From Lama glama (lineage: Eukaryota), in assembly GCA_028534125.1 (NCBI GenBank), contig CM052837.1, positions 17,918,001-17,982,000 on the forward strand: a stretch of 64,000 nucleotides of DNA, written 5' to 3'. Positions 27,406-40,815 of this stretch are shown here, piece by piece. The number at the start of each line of letters is the position of its first letter. Position 1 is the first letter of the stretch. The position numbers and the translations under genes were made by a program. The notes under the pieces are model-generated. The model had not been told where the DNA came from and searched no databases. It saw only the letters and a program-made list of their open reading frames with translations.

Positions 27406-29231
27406 GATCAAATAAATATGCCCCTTTTACCTTCTTTTACTTGACTTTTCATTTCCTAAGAAAATGGAATAGCATCAAAAAATGGGTCATTCTTCTCAGG
27501 AAAAGGGTTTTTTTTTTTTACCCTGTGATGATCATACTAAAATAGGAGCTAAAATTACTTGTGAACAGTATGTAAGTTTGACTTGAATTTGTGTTAATTT
27601 ATACTTCAGTAACAGGCCTGAGAGAAAAGGCCTTGTCTTCGTTGGTACGTGTTCAGAAATAGCTCACATGGATTGTGCAAATAAAGCTTGTGTGGTGTTC
27701 AAAACAAAAGATGGTCATCTTATTGAAGTACTGATTCTGGTTTTTAAAAACTTTTAAAGTTAGAATATTGCAGACATGCAGGAAAGTGCATAGATCTTGG
27801 GTGTTTGGCCTGTGTTGTGGCACTGTTCTGATGGCATTCATCCTCGGCCTTTCAGAGCAGTCTGAGATAACCTTTTCCAGCCTTGAAACAACTGTGTGTT
27901 CTATCTTGGTCTCTTTTCTGTATGTCAGATCCAATAGATAATTATTTCCCCCAGGATTCCAGATTAAAGAGAGAGTTGGGAAATTTCTGTTAATAAGAAA
28001 TGATTAGCATTTTAAAAATTCACCAAAGGGCGTACGTATGTCACAAATGTATAGATCTGACATGCTATTTTTTTTAATTTAAGTTTTTACAGTTGCTGCA
28101 AGATTGAGGTTATAGAACAGACTTTAAAAGTGTTTTATATCATCAAATTCCCTATTCTTAACTCTTGTNNNNNNNNNNNNNNNNNNNNNNNNNNNNNNNN
28201 NNNNNNNNNNNNNNNNNNNNNNNNNNNNNNNNNNNNNNNNNNNNNNNNNNNNNNNNNNNNNNNNNNNNNNNNNNNNNNNNNNNNNNNNNNNNNNNNNNNN
28301 TGACTACTTGCATGTATTAAACTCTCCTTTCACTTGCTCATCTGTTTCCCTTGGGATGAGGACTTACTAATGGACTCAGTCTAAATTATTTTTAAATTTG
28401 GGGGAATATTCTTTTTTTTAATAAAATTAATATGAAGAAGGTATGTTTTAAATAATGAAGGACTTATAGTTAAGTTTAAAGGTGTTAAGGTTTTTTGTAT
28501 TATTTGTCCTATTAAAGATTTTCTGAGTTTGAAGAGAAGGAAAAATAATCAGTACGTAATTATCTTTTTACAAAATAAGGAAATGTTCTCAACTAGAGTA
28601 CCACGATAAGAAATACATTCTGTCCATGGTTTCTCAGTGTATCCTCAAATCGTCGTCTAGTCTTAGGCTTGATGTCTTAATTTCCATCACTCCCACTGCT
28701 TTTTTAAAAATCCCATGTTCCAACCAACCCAGAATAATCACTGTTTCCAGAATTCCATGGCAACTCTCGTAGAGCACATGAAGGCAAGGTTGAGTAGTGC
28801 TATCAGAAATGTGTTAGGATTCAGAAGAGAGAAACCAGGACTTACAATGATAAAGGAAAGAGTGAAGTCCTCCTACTCCCGTGTAGGCAGTACTAATTTT
28901 CTTTGACCAAAGTCTTCAAAAATGGCTAAGTTTTTAGATTATTATGCACAACAAACCTTTATTGAGCTGTACTAGGCCACAGAGGTGAATAAAAAAGTCT
29001 CTTCCTTAAGAGGATTTACATCTTGTGGTGGCAAGAGACAAGTTAACAGTAACTGAAGTTCAGTATAATAGATCTCACTGTATTCAGAGATGCGTATGAA
29101 AATTAGATTGACAAAGAGAGAAGGACTTTCGTGTCATCTTGTTTGTGAAAGCCTTTTGAGGTGCTGAGCCTGGTTGTGTTGGGCCCAGCAGTGGGGCAGC
29201 TGCCTTCCAGCCCCTACCTTTTCTTTTCAAG

Positions 29232-29413
29232 GCCAACCTGCCTCTTCTGCAGCGAGAACTGCTGCACTGCGCTCGGGCCGCCAAGCAAACCCCATCCCAG
29301 TACCTGGCTCAGCACGAACACCTTCTGCTCAACACAAGTATTGCATCCCCTGCTGACTCTTCTGAGCTGCTCATGGAGGTGCATGGAAATGGAAAGAGGC
29401 CCAGTCCGGAGAG
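29232..29413 (+). CDS. CBFA2T2: CBFA2T2 exon 5
   Basis: ttcaAG|gccaac...gagag|GTgagc; [34 protein letters not shown]...NGKRPSPE; 182 nt. Confidence 0.97.
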
Positions 29414-30314
29414 GTGAGCAGAGAAGAGCTTTATTGTCCTTGCTTTGCTGGAACTGTTCTGAGCTTTCCCCTTTGCTTGTGAAAGAAAGAGAACTTGATT
29501 ACTGTGGTTATATTGAAGTATGGATTCAGAATTTCTAAGATTAGTTTTGCATTGTCCCATCAGGCAGCAGAATGCTTCTCAACTCTTCAGATGACTAAAT
29601 ACCCCTGCTGATAAATTCTGCTCTAGAACATTCTATGGGTCCACTGCTCCAGAACCATAAGAAATACAATCTGCTCAAGGCACTTTTTTTCCTAATATGT
29701 GAAGTCTTTAAAAGTGTAACAGTTAATGAATCAGCTTTACTTTGAAGATTGAAATTAATTTATTCTGGAAATTTATCTACAAGTGTCTACTACTATTTAC
29801 TATGGTTTGTCAAGGAAACAACATTTTAACAACAGCGGAAAATTTCTTACAGTTGAAGCGAATGTAAAAAATCCTACCAATTCACAAGTGTGTTAATTAT
29901 GTAAGCCTTTTTCTTCCATGTGGAGAATTGTTTGTTTCCAGTCACTGACCTCCACAGTAGCAGATTTGACCTTGAAACACTCCTAAATGTATTTGAACCC
30001 ATAATCCTCCATATTCCTATCACATAAGAAAATGCTGTCATCTCCTTAGTTTCTCCTTTGCTTCATGAGGTTGAGATGTTTCTGCTTGGTTATGGATGAA
30101 TTTGACCTCTCTTTTCATGCTAGGATAAATCAGCAATTTCTGTTATCTGCCTGGCCCCTGAAGACATTTAGTTCAGGCCTCATGTTATACCTTTTCTTAT
30201 CTTCCTTTTTGTGAAAGTGCATCGCACAAGACTTAGCACAAAGTAGGTGCTCAGGAAATGTTTACATGAGCACTTGTTGATGGGCTCAGATATGTACTTC
30301 CAATTCTTCTACAG

Positions 30315-30568
30315 GAGGGAAGAGAGCAACTTTGAAAGAGATACAATTCCTCCTGAGCCTCCTGCCAAGAGAGTGTGTACCATTAGCCCAGCTCCCCGGC
30401 ACAGTCCTGCCCTCAATGTGCCCCTCATGAATCCTGGGGGCCAATTCCATCCTACTCCTCCGCCTCTTCAGCACTACACCTTAGAAGATATTGCAACTTC
30501 TCACCTGTATCGTGAACCCAACAAGATGCTAGAACATCGAGAAGTTCGTGATAGACACCACAATCTTA
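30315..30568 (+). CDS. CBFA2T2: CBFA2T2 exon 6
   Basis: ctacAG|gagg...ctta|GTaagt; REESNFERDTIPPEPPAKRVCTISPAPRHSP...DRHHNL; 254 nt. Confidence 0.97.
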
Positions 30569-31966
30569 GTAAGTGGCATAAGCAGCATGGTACTGACAAA
30601 TTCAGATTGAATCCATGCATTTCTTTTCCACTCAGCGATAAAACAAAGTAGTGTCAGCATTGCTTTTTCCCACTGATAAAATAAAACAATATTAAGAATA
30701 TTAGAGTTCTAAGTGTTCTTGTTTGAAATTGATCTCGCTTCATACCTTATTGCTATTATCATTATATGATCAAAAGTGGTAAAGCAAATTTTAGGAAATA
30801 CACAATGAAGTATTTAAGAATAAAGGGATATCACTTATTCTGATATGGTTCAGAAATATAGTAGAGAATTAAAAGGAAATGAGACAAAAAATATTCACAT
30901 TTAGGAAGTTTGGGTAAAGAGTAAATGAGAATTCTTTGTACTATTCCTGAAACGTTTCTATAAATCTGAGTTTACTACAGAATAAAAAGTTTTTAAAATT
31001 AAGCAAGAGAGATGTAAAACATGGTCTTGGAGGTGAAAGTGAGATGTTTAGGTCAGGGGTGAGGCATACCTAAATTTAAATCTTGGCTCTGCACCCTAAC
31101 TAGCTATGTGATCTTGCACAAGTAAGGCTCTCTGTGCCCCCAGTTATTCATTTCTGAAATGGAGAGAACACCACCTCCTGTGCTTTGGTCATTGTCACAT
31201 TTGGAATGCCTGGCACATGCGTCCTCAGCCACCATTGAATTTAGAAAGAAACAAAAAGGCCCCTAACAAACTTCACCCAAGATGAGTTTTGAACAGAGCT
31301 CTGTCATGTACTCATAAAAGTTTACTGCAGAAGGTTCTTTGGAGTTTGGGTGCTGAGATGTGTCAGAGCAGAGAACCAAAGGCCTGCTAGTTTCCAGGGT
31401 TGCCCCTACATTTCTATTATTAGATTCCCTATGGAGTAAAAAATTACAAAACATCTCACTAGCATCTTTCAGCAGCTTGGACCACATAATGGCCCTGGCT
31501 TTATGCAGTGGTAGCTGTATGGTGAGGGCCATGACAGCAACAGTATTCTCAGCTGCCAACATTTACTGAGTTTGAAGTACTTCAGTACTTAGACTGTGGT
31601 GTACGTACATTATCTCATTTAATCCTCACATGGAGCTGTTACCCCTCTTTACACATGAGAGACAGAACTGTGGCCAGAATCACATAGCTAGAAAGTGGCA
31701 GAGATGAGATTGTGACCCCAATTGTCTAATGCCTGGAAGTTGGGTACATTCCTAGTATGCTGTGATGTCTCCCTTAGCAGCTGTTTTGTATGGCTCACTT
31801 TTCTTTGTCTCTCTTTTTATGTTAAAAACTAGACTTGCTATTGACTTCTTCTATTCTTACACACTTTTTTTGCTGATTTGGATCTGTCCTTTTCTGAGAG
31901 AGAAGTATGCTAAAAACTAGCTATAACTGCATTTTGGCCAGATTTTCTTGTATTTCTAACAATTTT

Positions 31967-32083
31967 CTTTTCTTTTTCTTTCTTTCTTTTTTTTTTTTTA
32001 AAAGAAAGGTACTGGGGGTTGAACCTGGGACCTCGTGCATGCTAAGCATGTGCTCTCTCACTGAGCTACACCCTGCCCCCCTC
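31967..32083 (-). mobile_element. tRNA-derived SINE
   Basis: Poly-T followed by ggtactgggggttgaacc...ctgagctaca; TSD aacaatttt at 31958 and 32084. Confidence 0.88.
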
Positions 32084-33167
32084 AACAATTTTAGAAAGTT
32101 TTTTCATCTTGAAATGTTGTGCTTGAAAGACCTTTAATTGCCTACTTTGGTGGTTTATTTTACAGTCAACCATTTGACTTCCCGGCTCTTTCTAGATTAC
32201 TTAATTTTCCCCAGTCCTCTTTTGATAACATATGCCCTAATACAGTGGTTCTTACCAAATCATTTCCCACCCTACCACTTTTCAACAAATAAATAATAAC
32301 ATTCTCCCCCATCTTTACTCTCCTAAAATGAAATATATGGGTACTATAGCCTACCTTAGTCCCATAATTTTAGGATAAATATTCTAATGTATAATATATA
32401 AGAAAATATTTTATAATATATTAGTGCTCAGGCATGACTACACAAGAAGATAATGGTGAAATAAGTAGATTCCTGCACAAATATAGTCACTATGAATACA
32501 ATACCTGAATGAATTCAGACTGATAACAGATGTGTTACATTAATGATGTGTTACTATGGATAGTGTTGCCATATGTGACATAATTTTTCAAAATAGTGGA
32601 TAATTCAGCATACCCTTGATTCATACAGTCATTGTATTTATGCAAATTCCAATAATGTATATCAAAACTGTGCACAAACAATATTTTGGTAATACTGAGT
32701 TGTTTCCATGTCTCGGACAGTACCTGCTCTATTTGCAGTGGTTAAGCATTTGCATTGTGCCACAGCCTTGCCAACCTTTTGTGTGATTTACAATTAAGTT
32801 TTTTCCAATATATAGATGCGAAATGCTATCTTAGTGAAGATTTCACTTATACTGTATTATAACTGTTTAGAAGTTTGAGTATTCATATGTTTGTGGATCA
32901 TATATACTTTTTTGTCTGTGACTTAACCTGTTTATTTCTCTTACCTGTTTTTCTTTTGGGTTGTGTGTCTGTCATAATTGATTTGTAGGAGTTTTTGATA
33001 TATTTTGAGTAGTGATTTCTTGTTGATGTATGTCATTTTGTGGTTTTATGTCATTTTGAATCATTGCCTTAGTAATGTGTGCATAGCTGGTATGAATGTG
33101 TGTTTACTTGGTAGAATTCTGTTTACTGTATTCCCTCTGTCTTCAAATTTAATCTAATTTCGAATAG

Positions 33168-33253
33168 GTCTAAATGGAGGCTATCAGGATGAGTTGGTGG
33201 ACCACCGTTTGACAGAAAGGGAATGGGCTGATGAATGGAAACATCTTGATCAT
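33168..33253 (+). CDS. CBFA2T2: CBFA2T2 exon 7 (NHR2 start)
   Basis: gaatAG|gtcta...cat|GTaaga; [28 protein letters not shown]; 86 nt. Confidence 0.97.
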
Positions 33254-34449
33254 GTAAGAATCTTATAGTGTATAATTTTCCTAACTATTGATGACTTATA
33301 GTTCTTAGTATTACTGATTGTAAGAATCTGTATGCTTGAAGTGAACTTTAACCAGAGCTACACGTCTTTGCAATAAAAGCTGACTTATCTACTACTCCCA
33401 CAGCTAGGGAGCTAACAGTAAATCCCAAATCTTTGTGGTGGGATGATCACTTAAAGTCATAACCAAGTGAAGCCATGTAGTACAATAATTAAAAATACAG
33501 GTTTATGAATTTTAGGTCCCAGCTTTGCCACTTACTACCTCTGTGCAATGGGCAAGTTGCTTTATCATTTTTGGTCTTAATTTTTATATCTTAAAAAATG
33601 CAATTTTTAGATATAAGGCAGTATAAAGTATTTAAGGTTATTTTATTCTGAAGTTGTTTAAAATTCATGATTTTGACCGCTGCAGATTCTTTAAGTGAGT
33701 TAATTTGTGTTTTGAGGTAAAATACAATTTATATTTTTTTAAAGACATAAATGTAGGTTTCTGTATTAACCATATTTTGTGACTACTACTATTAACAGTT
33801 TGATTTATTTAGAAATTAAATGTTTTAAGCTATTTTTACCTTTTCAAAAAAATGCTATATTATTTGAATTCACAGGAGGGCTGTAATGCTTATCACACTG
33901 CCTAGTATATAGGAAGTGTTAAATAGATGGAGCTTCTCCAAATGCCAGTGAGAATTAGTACACTGGTATAGAATGTAAACCCAAGTTCTCTGCCCCATTG
34001 GAAGAGAGAATCTCCCCTCTCACTAAAAAGGGAAGAGAAGATAGAGTACCTGCTTGAAATATGCATACAATAACTTTTCATTTCTGAGTAATGTTGTTCT
34101 GAACATAATTTCTCTGTTTGCATTCTTTTATAAATCTTCAGCTTTATCAGATTTTTAGGCAGAGATATAATGTGGTTTCACATAATCTTTAAAGAGCTAT
34201 ATTATAATGAGGCTGGCTGCCTCAGCCATGAAGAATCCAAAGGGTATTATTTTGAGACTTAAAAAATTATGTGTATATATTTAAAGAGAAGCAATGTGAA
34301 AGGCTTTCAAGTATGAACTTAGTATTGCTAAATCTGTCAGATTCATAAACCTTTATTGTTTATATTTTGTTTACCTGTCCTTGATTTTCAATGTTGATTG
34401 TGTGAATATACTCATCCCATGTCTCTGCCTGACTTCCTACCTGGTCCAG

Positions 34450-34645
34450 GCCCTGAACTGCATTATGGAAATGGTAGAGAAAACAAGGCGCTCCATGGCA
34501 GTCCTGCGGCGCTGTCAGGAATCAGATCGTGAAGAACTCAACTACTGGAAACGAAGATATAATGAAAACACAGAGATGAGGAAAACAGGGAGCGAGTTGG
34601 TGTCCAGGCAGCACAGTCCTGGAAGCGCAGATTCTCTCAGCAATG
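34450..34645 (+). CDS. CBFA2T2: CBFA2T2 exon 8 (NHR2)
   Basis: gtccAG|gccctg...aatg|GTaagg; [37 protein letters not shown]...SLSN; 196 nt. Confidence 0.97.
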
Positions 34646-36032
34646 GTAAGGGGGAAGTCTCAAGATGTCAAGGGAGGCTTTTTCTATTTTACTTCAAAAG
34701 AAGATGGTGCTAGATTGTGGAGTTAGAAAGACCCAGAGAATTATGAAGACTAAATGATGAAACATGTCAAGAACATTGTATCTGACATGTTCAAGAAAGT
34801 GTCTTCCTTATGTAGAATGAGAGCGTTTGTCTTTCTGTTTTTCAACTCTGTAATCAGAGAGTGTTTGGTTGTTAAATTCAGCCTGACTGAATGTACCGGG
34901 TACTCTCATGTACACTGCATTCATTCCTCACAGTAGCCCTGCAGATGTTTACCTCAGCTTCTCTCCTCTTTTTCCCCACTCCCCATCCAGAAAAAATATC
35001 ATTTATTAAACTCTGCCTGCAGCCTTCTACAAAAAGTTATACCTGTACCTGGGTTTTCCCACCCCAAAGCAGCAGAGAGATGAACAACTGTTCTCTCAAG
35101 CCAGGATACATCCAGAACACCACAGCTAATCCTCCAAAAATGTTCCATGACATTCACCTAGTAACTGAAAAGGTGCCCCATCCAAAGGCACAGCTGAATG
35201 AGGGGCCACCTGTGATCAGACTCTTTCCCCACCCACCCAGTTTAAGCTCCCAGTTTTCACCATGGAGAATGAATCTCTTCTTACGACAGACCTAGTATGT
35301 TCCACAGAAGACAGCCATTAGTCTCAAAAAGACCACCCAAAAATTTGAGGCCAAGACATTGGTAACCAAGGGGTCCCACTCCCGCACCCCACCCAGGGAA
35401 GTGACTCTTGAGGCAGCCATAGATTAACAACATTGTGTGGGATGCCTAGCACAGCAGGACATTAGGGACTACTTATAGTTGTAGTTTGATTCCTTTCATA
35501 AGAACCTTAAGGCTAATTCACAGGTATCCCTCACCTTCACAAATACTCGCTCTTACGACTCACAGAAACTTACCCAAGTTCACCACCCAAATCACACACC
35601 TTCCATCAAAGCTTTGCTAGCATGCTGGTGAGGTGGTGTGGAGTGCAGAGCAAGCTGTGGCTATGAGTTGGCTCTTCTCCAACCAGGACTACAGGTCTTG
35701 CTGGTGTTGTTTAAATGTTGCTTTGCATTGAGGGTTTAGCTAGGATGACTAGCCTATTATCCTGTCATAAGTATTACCAGCACCTCTCTCACTCTCAAAA
35801 ATGAGGACAGTTGGGATGGTAAATTATATCATCACTCTAGGTGTGCCTCTTCATGGATCCCAGTTTCCTTCTCTGAGGTTTCTTAGGGCACTCAGTCTGT
35901 CTGACTCAGGTATCTTTTAGTATCTTTATTTATGCATATTATACATATTTAGTATTTTTATGTCACTGTTTCTTTTATAATATGTTTGTTACATGCAGTG
36001 TAGAAGGAAATCATAATTAATATCCTGAACAA

Positions 36033-36269
36033 GCGTGCTACTCAAAACTGTGGACCAAAACCACTCCAAAAACTACTTGTTACTGGTCTGTGATGATATG
36101 AGGAACTTGCACCAGGATGAATTGGGCACCGTTTGCATTGCTGTGGGAAGAATCTGCTACACTAAGCAGTGTATTTAGAGACATAATTGTTTTGCATGCA
36201 TTCTACATAAGCTCCTTATCGCTTCATGGGCTAGTAAGAGTTTGCAGACCAGCGCTTTGAGTAGTGCTG
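36033..36269. mobile_element. hAT MITE (MER119-like)
   Basis: Imperfect terminal inverted repeats gtgctactcaaa (36035) and tttgagtagtgc (36256). Confidence 0.55.
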
Positions 36270-36703
36270 TCCTATACTGGGCAGTGTTTTGGGGCATAGC
36301 ACACAAACATACTCACCAGTGACTTTTAAATGGATAATTAGTGTTTTAAATGTTTGAGATTATGTAGAAACCCCTGGTGGATTGTTATTTAAATATTTAG
36401 TATTTATGTATTTTGGTGATTTGGCAAGAAATTGAATAGACTTTGGATGACATTATTACTTTTCCCATTTAAAATAATGGGATATAGATTCCCTCTATCT
36501 GAAAATGTGTGATTCACAATATTTTCAGGAACCAATTTTGTTCAGGGATGCCTAAGAGGGATGTATTTTGGTATTTTAAATGAGGATGCATAAATAAGTG
36601 TGACAATCATAAGGAAAAACAAGAAGATGATTATCATTAGAATCCAGGGGAATGGTTTCTCTGGAGGTGTGGCATGGAGGATGTAGATGAAGTAGAGTGC
36701 AGA

Positions 36704-37203
36704 NNNNNNNNNNNNNNNNNNNNNNNNNNNNNNNNNNNNNNNNNNNNNNNNNNNNNNNNNNNNNNNNNNNNNNNNNNNNNNNNNNNNNNNNNNNNNNNNN
36801 NNNNNNNNNNNNNNNNNNNNNNNNNNNNNNNNNNNNNNNNNNNNNNNNNNNNNNNNNNNNNNNNNNNNNNNNNNNNNNNNNNNNNNNNNNNNNNNNNNNN
36901 NNNNNNNNNNNNNNNNNNNNNNNNNNNNNNNNNNNNNNNNNNNNNNNNNNNNNNNNNNNNNNNNNNNNNNNNNNNNNNNNNNNNNNNNNNNNNNNNNNNN
37001 NNNNNNNNNNNNNNNNNNNNNNNNNNNNNNNNNNNNNNNNNNNNNNNNNNNNNNNNNNNNNNNNNNNNNNNNNNNNNNNNNNNNNNNNNNNNNNNNNNNN
37101 NNNNNNNNNNNNNNNNNNNNNNNNNNNNNNNNNNNNNNNNNNNNNNNNNNNNNNNNNNNNNNNNNNNNNNNNNNNNNNNNNNNNNNNNNNNNNNNNNNNN
37201 NNN
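36704..37203. other. Assembly gap (500 N); other gaps at 2963-3106, 3538-3671, 20855-21026, 28169-28300
   Basis: Runs of N, mostly in or next to L1 sequence. Confidence 1.
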
Positions 37204-37549
37204 GGTAGCTCCGCTGCTCTGTGCGGCTGCGCGCTCTGTGCCGGCGCTCCGCCCTGGTCGCGCTCCGCCTTGGTCGCGCTCCGCCCTGGTCGCGCTCCGC
37301 GGGTGGGCTCGGGGAAGACCGAGGGGCAGCCTCGTCCCTGCTCCGAGCCAAGACCCAGCTGCTTGTTTGTCTCCGTGGAGCAAGTTCTCAGATTTTTGGC
37401 GTCTTTATCTTTTGAAGAGGGCGATGATCTGTTGGAGTTCCGCAGGTGCTCTGGTTGACTGAGTGGGTCTGTAGATGTGGGCCTTGGTGTATTTGTGGGA
37501 GAGGGTGACTTACTAGCGTCCTTCTACTCCGCCATCTTGCCCGGAAGTC
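37204..37549 (-). mobile_element. 5' end/5'UTR of a young LINE-1 (continues into gap)
   Basis: Reverse complement begins gacttccgggcaagatggcggagtagaaggacg, a typical L1 5' start with YY1 motif; CpG-rich; 16-bp tandem repeats. Confidence 0.75.
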
Positions 37550-38031
37550 AAAAGTTCATTCTTTATGGCTGAGTAATACCCGTGTGTGTGCGCGTGCGCA
37601 CCACATCTTTATCCATTCATCTATTAACAGACATTTAGGTTGCTTCCCTATCTTGGCAACTGTGTTGTAATGAGGATTGTATTATAATAATGCTGCTGTT
37701 AACAATGGAGTACAAAAAAAAACAATGGAGTACGTGTATCTTTTTGAATTAATGTATTCATTTTCTTTGGATATTATACCCAGATGTGGAACTTCTGGAT
37801 CATGGTAGTTCAAGTTTTAGTCTTTTGAGGAGCCTCCATACTGTTTTCCACAGTGGCTGCACCAATTTACATTCCCACCAAGGGAATGTACAAGGGTTCC
37901 CTTTTCTCTAATCCTCACTGACCTTTGTTATTTGTGGTCTTTTTGATGAGAAATATTCTCACAGGTGTGAAGTGATATCTCATTGTGGTTTTGATTCACA
38001 TTTCTCTGATGATTAGCAATGCTGAGCATCT
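37550..38031 (-). mobile_element. Older L1 3' fragment
   Basis: ctttatggctgagtaata...ccatactgttttccacagtggctgcaccaatttacattcccacca, homologous to the L1 at 3190-3400. Confidence 0.85.
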
Positions 38032-38218
38032 AAAAATTAAGTATACTATTTTATAATCTGATTTTATCCCTTGTCAGAATTTTTTTTTGCACTTAATGAA
38101 TGTATATGGTTGAATCTTTCTAAATGGTGAATTAAATATGTGATAAATTTTTCTTAAAAATAAAACATGCTAATTATAGACAGCTTCTGACCCTATGCTA
38201 TTTCTCTCTCTTCTGTAG

Positions 38219-38287
38219 ATTCTCAGCGAGAATTCAACAGTCGGCCAGGAACGGGATATGTACCTGTGGAGTTTTGGAAAAAAACTG
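38219..38287 (+). CDS. CBFA2T2: CBFA2T2 exon 9
   Basis: ctgtAG|attct...actg|GTatgt; DSQREFNSRPGTGYVPVEFWKKT; 69 nt. Confidence 0.96.
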
Positions 38288-40624
38288 GTATGTGTCTGTC
38301 TGCTTATAGGTCACATGTGCTCACTGATTTATGTGAGCATAGAGCACATATTTGGGGGAGAGGTGGTTTTTTCTTAATTTCCTCCTTAAAGAGCTCTAGC
38401 TCCTGCCTCTCCCCCTCCAGCTTGTCCCAACTTCTGGCCTGCCAGTCATGTTACTTTGCAGATCAAGAATTTGGAATGACTCCCTATAATCTAGTCCTTT
38501 TCATCCCCTTCCTAATGGGAGGCATTAAGTAACTGGCTCTTCCTTCCTTGTTTATATACCCTGTTTCTGGGCATATAGCTTAATTCATTTCTGCCTTCTT
38601 CTGTGTGTTCTCACACTACCACATGTGGTTCATTCTGCTCTTGGGTCCCTCTGCTCTTCCCTTCACCTTCGCTGTCTCTGCCTTCATCAGGACTCTGCTT
38701 AGTAGGTCTCATCTTCTACAAGAATAAGGGAGGGTAGGAACTGCCTGTCATGGTAAGATAAGGGATTAAACTAACCTCATATCCCCAACATTACCCTTAT
38801 CCAAATACTAACCTTCTTTTCCTTCTTGCCTCCCTTTCTCAGTGAAATTTTTGTAGTCCAATACAGTTTTTGGTTTTCTTATTCCTAAGATAAAATTTTC
38901 TTCTACAAAAAAGTTAAGACCTGTCATTCATAAAGAGTCTTTCAAGAGCATCAAGACCATAATATAAACAAATGGACAAAAGATATGAACAAATTATGAG
39001 AAATACAAATAACCATACTGCAGAATGTTTATTCTCACTGAGTCAATGAAATCCTGACCAATTAGCCCCCAGAGTCTTTAACACATAATTATTGACACAA
39101 TTTTACAGCACTCTGTTAATGACACTAATTCATCAGATTTATATTAAATGTTACCAACAGTGAATGCGTGGAAATTCTTGAAATCATTTCTCACTTGCAT
39201 GCTTTTGAATTTTTCCTTTTAAAAGAAAATGATCCAGATTTAGGAACACAAATTATAAAGAAGCAACAATATGTAAAAAGACACTGTTTTAGTGTCTTCT
39301 TGGGGCAAGGGAGAGGCAACCTGGGAAGTGCTCAGATATCCATGAATGGTGGTGATATGAATTTAGCATGACACCACAGCAGAATATTATCTTACCATTA
39401 AAAATAATTTGGAAAACTACATAGAGCTTGGAAAAATCTTTACAATTGGAAATGGGGTAATATATATTATATTACCAAGAAGTAGAGTAGAACTGTGAGA
39501 AATACAGTAATTGTAAAAGTGGAGTGAAAAATTACCATGCGCAAGGTCTCTTTGATAACTACTGATTTTCTGCTTGAGAGGTAGCCTTTGGTTGACTATG
39601 ATTAAGAGCCAGATTTCGGTGTGGGCCAGCTAAATTTGAGTCCTTGCTCTGCTGCATTGCCGTCTGTGACCTTAGATGACATTCAGCAACGTAGTTTTCC
39701 AAATTGTGATTTTTATTGATTCATCCTTAACCTGAAAGGATAAAATGTACTTTGGAGCATTTTTACGTTGGCTCAATTAGAGACACTCAACACCTGCTTG
39801 GTGACTAAAAAGAAGTCTATGAAGGGTAGCGGTGGTGGGCCACAGTAGACCTGTGTGGACACCAAGAGTAAGGGAAGCCTGGAGTTCAGTGTCCAGTCAG
39901 CTTGGCATCATCTTTGGCCTTTGGGGTGAGGCTGGAATGATAGAATGGAAAGTTCTAGGTTTGCAGCCTAGAACACTGTATTTAGACCTCCTTTGAGCCT
40001 AGGCTGTGTGCAAGAGCCAAGCAATAAGGGAGTTTCTTTGAGCTTCTGGGTTGTCCTGTCTTGTGGACTCAGGAGGGGAGGTCATTCACACTGGGACTTA
40101 GGACTGAGGCTCAAATGCATAGCATGTGTCATTTGGAGTGTATATCCTGTGGACACCAAGCAGGATGGTGGTGATGGGAGGAACTGATCAGGAACTAAGT
40201 GGGGTAATGATGACTGGACAGGGCACTGGAATCCTAGGGCTCCTATCAGCCTGCCCACATTTGTATCTTCAGCCCATGTTTTTCTACTGAGTTCAGTCCT
40301 ACCTACCTAACTGCCTCCTGGTCATTTGTACCATGTCTCATGGCACCTAAGCAACCTTTGTATTTGATCACAGTTATGGACTACATCTTAGTCACCAAGG
40401 CCTCCTCAGCCCCTAGCACAGTGCCTACCTCCATCTACATACCCAGCAGGTGGCTGCATGAATGAAAAGTGAGGATAAGAATGAAAGTGAATGCTTATAT
40501 CAGAAGTTCATCCCTGTGTATTTTTAGAAAAGTCATCTTGTTTCACCTCTGTCCCTTTGAAATGATGCGGAGTGGGAGGGAAAAAATTTCTCGGCCAGTT
40601 GATTTTACTGTCACTTTCTTCTAG

Positions 40625-40815
40625 AAGAAGCTGTGAATAAGGTGAAAATTCAGGCCATGTCAGAAGTACAGAAAGCTGTTGCTGAGGCAGAGCAAAAAGC
40701 CTTTGAAGTGATTGCAACAGAGAGAGCTCGGATGGAGCAGACCATAGCGGACGTTAAACGGCAGGCCGCAGAGGATGCCTTCCTCGTCATAAACGAGCAG
40801 GAAGAGTCGACAGAG
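40625..40815 (+). CDS. CBFA2T2: CBFA2T2 exon 10 (NHR3)
   Basis: ttctAG|aagaag...gag|GTcaga; [27 protein letters not shown]...INEQEESTE; 191 nt. Confidence 0.97.

Noticed and set aside
34758-34794. Inverted CATG-core decamers resembling a p53 site or hairpin
   Set aside because: Both half-sites are mismatched and the spacer is too long
36542-37462. Long ORFs of 248-269 aa
   Set aside because: Artefacts of the 500-N gap
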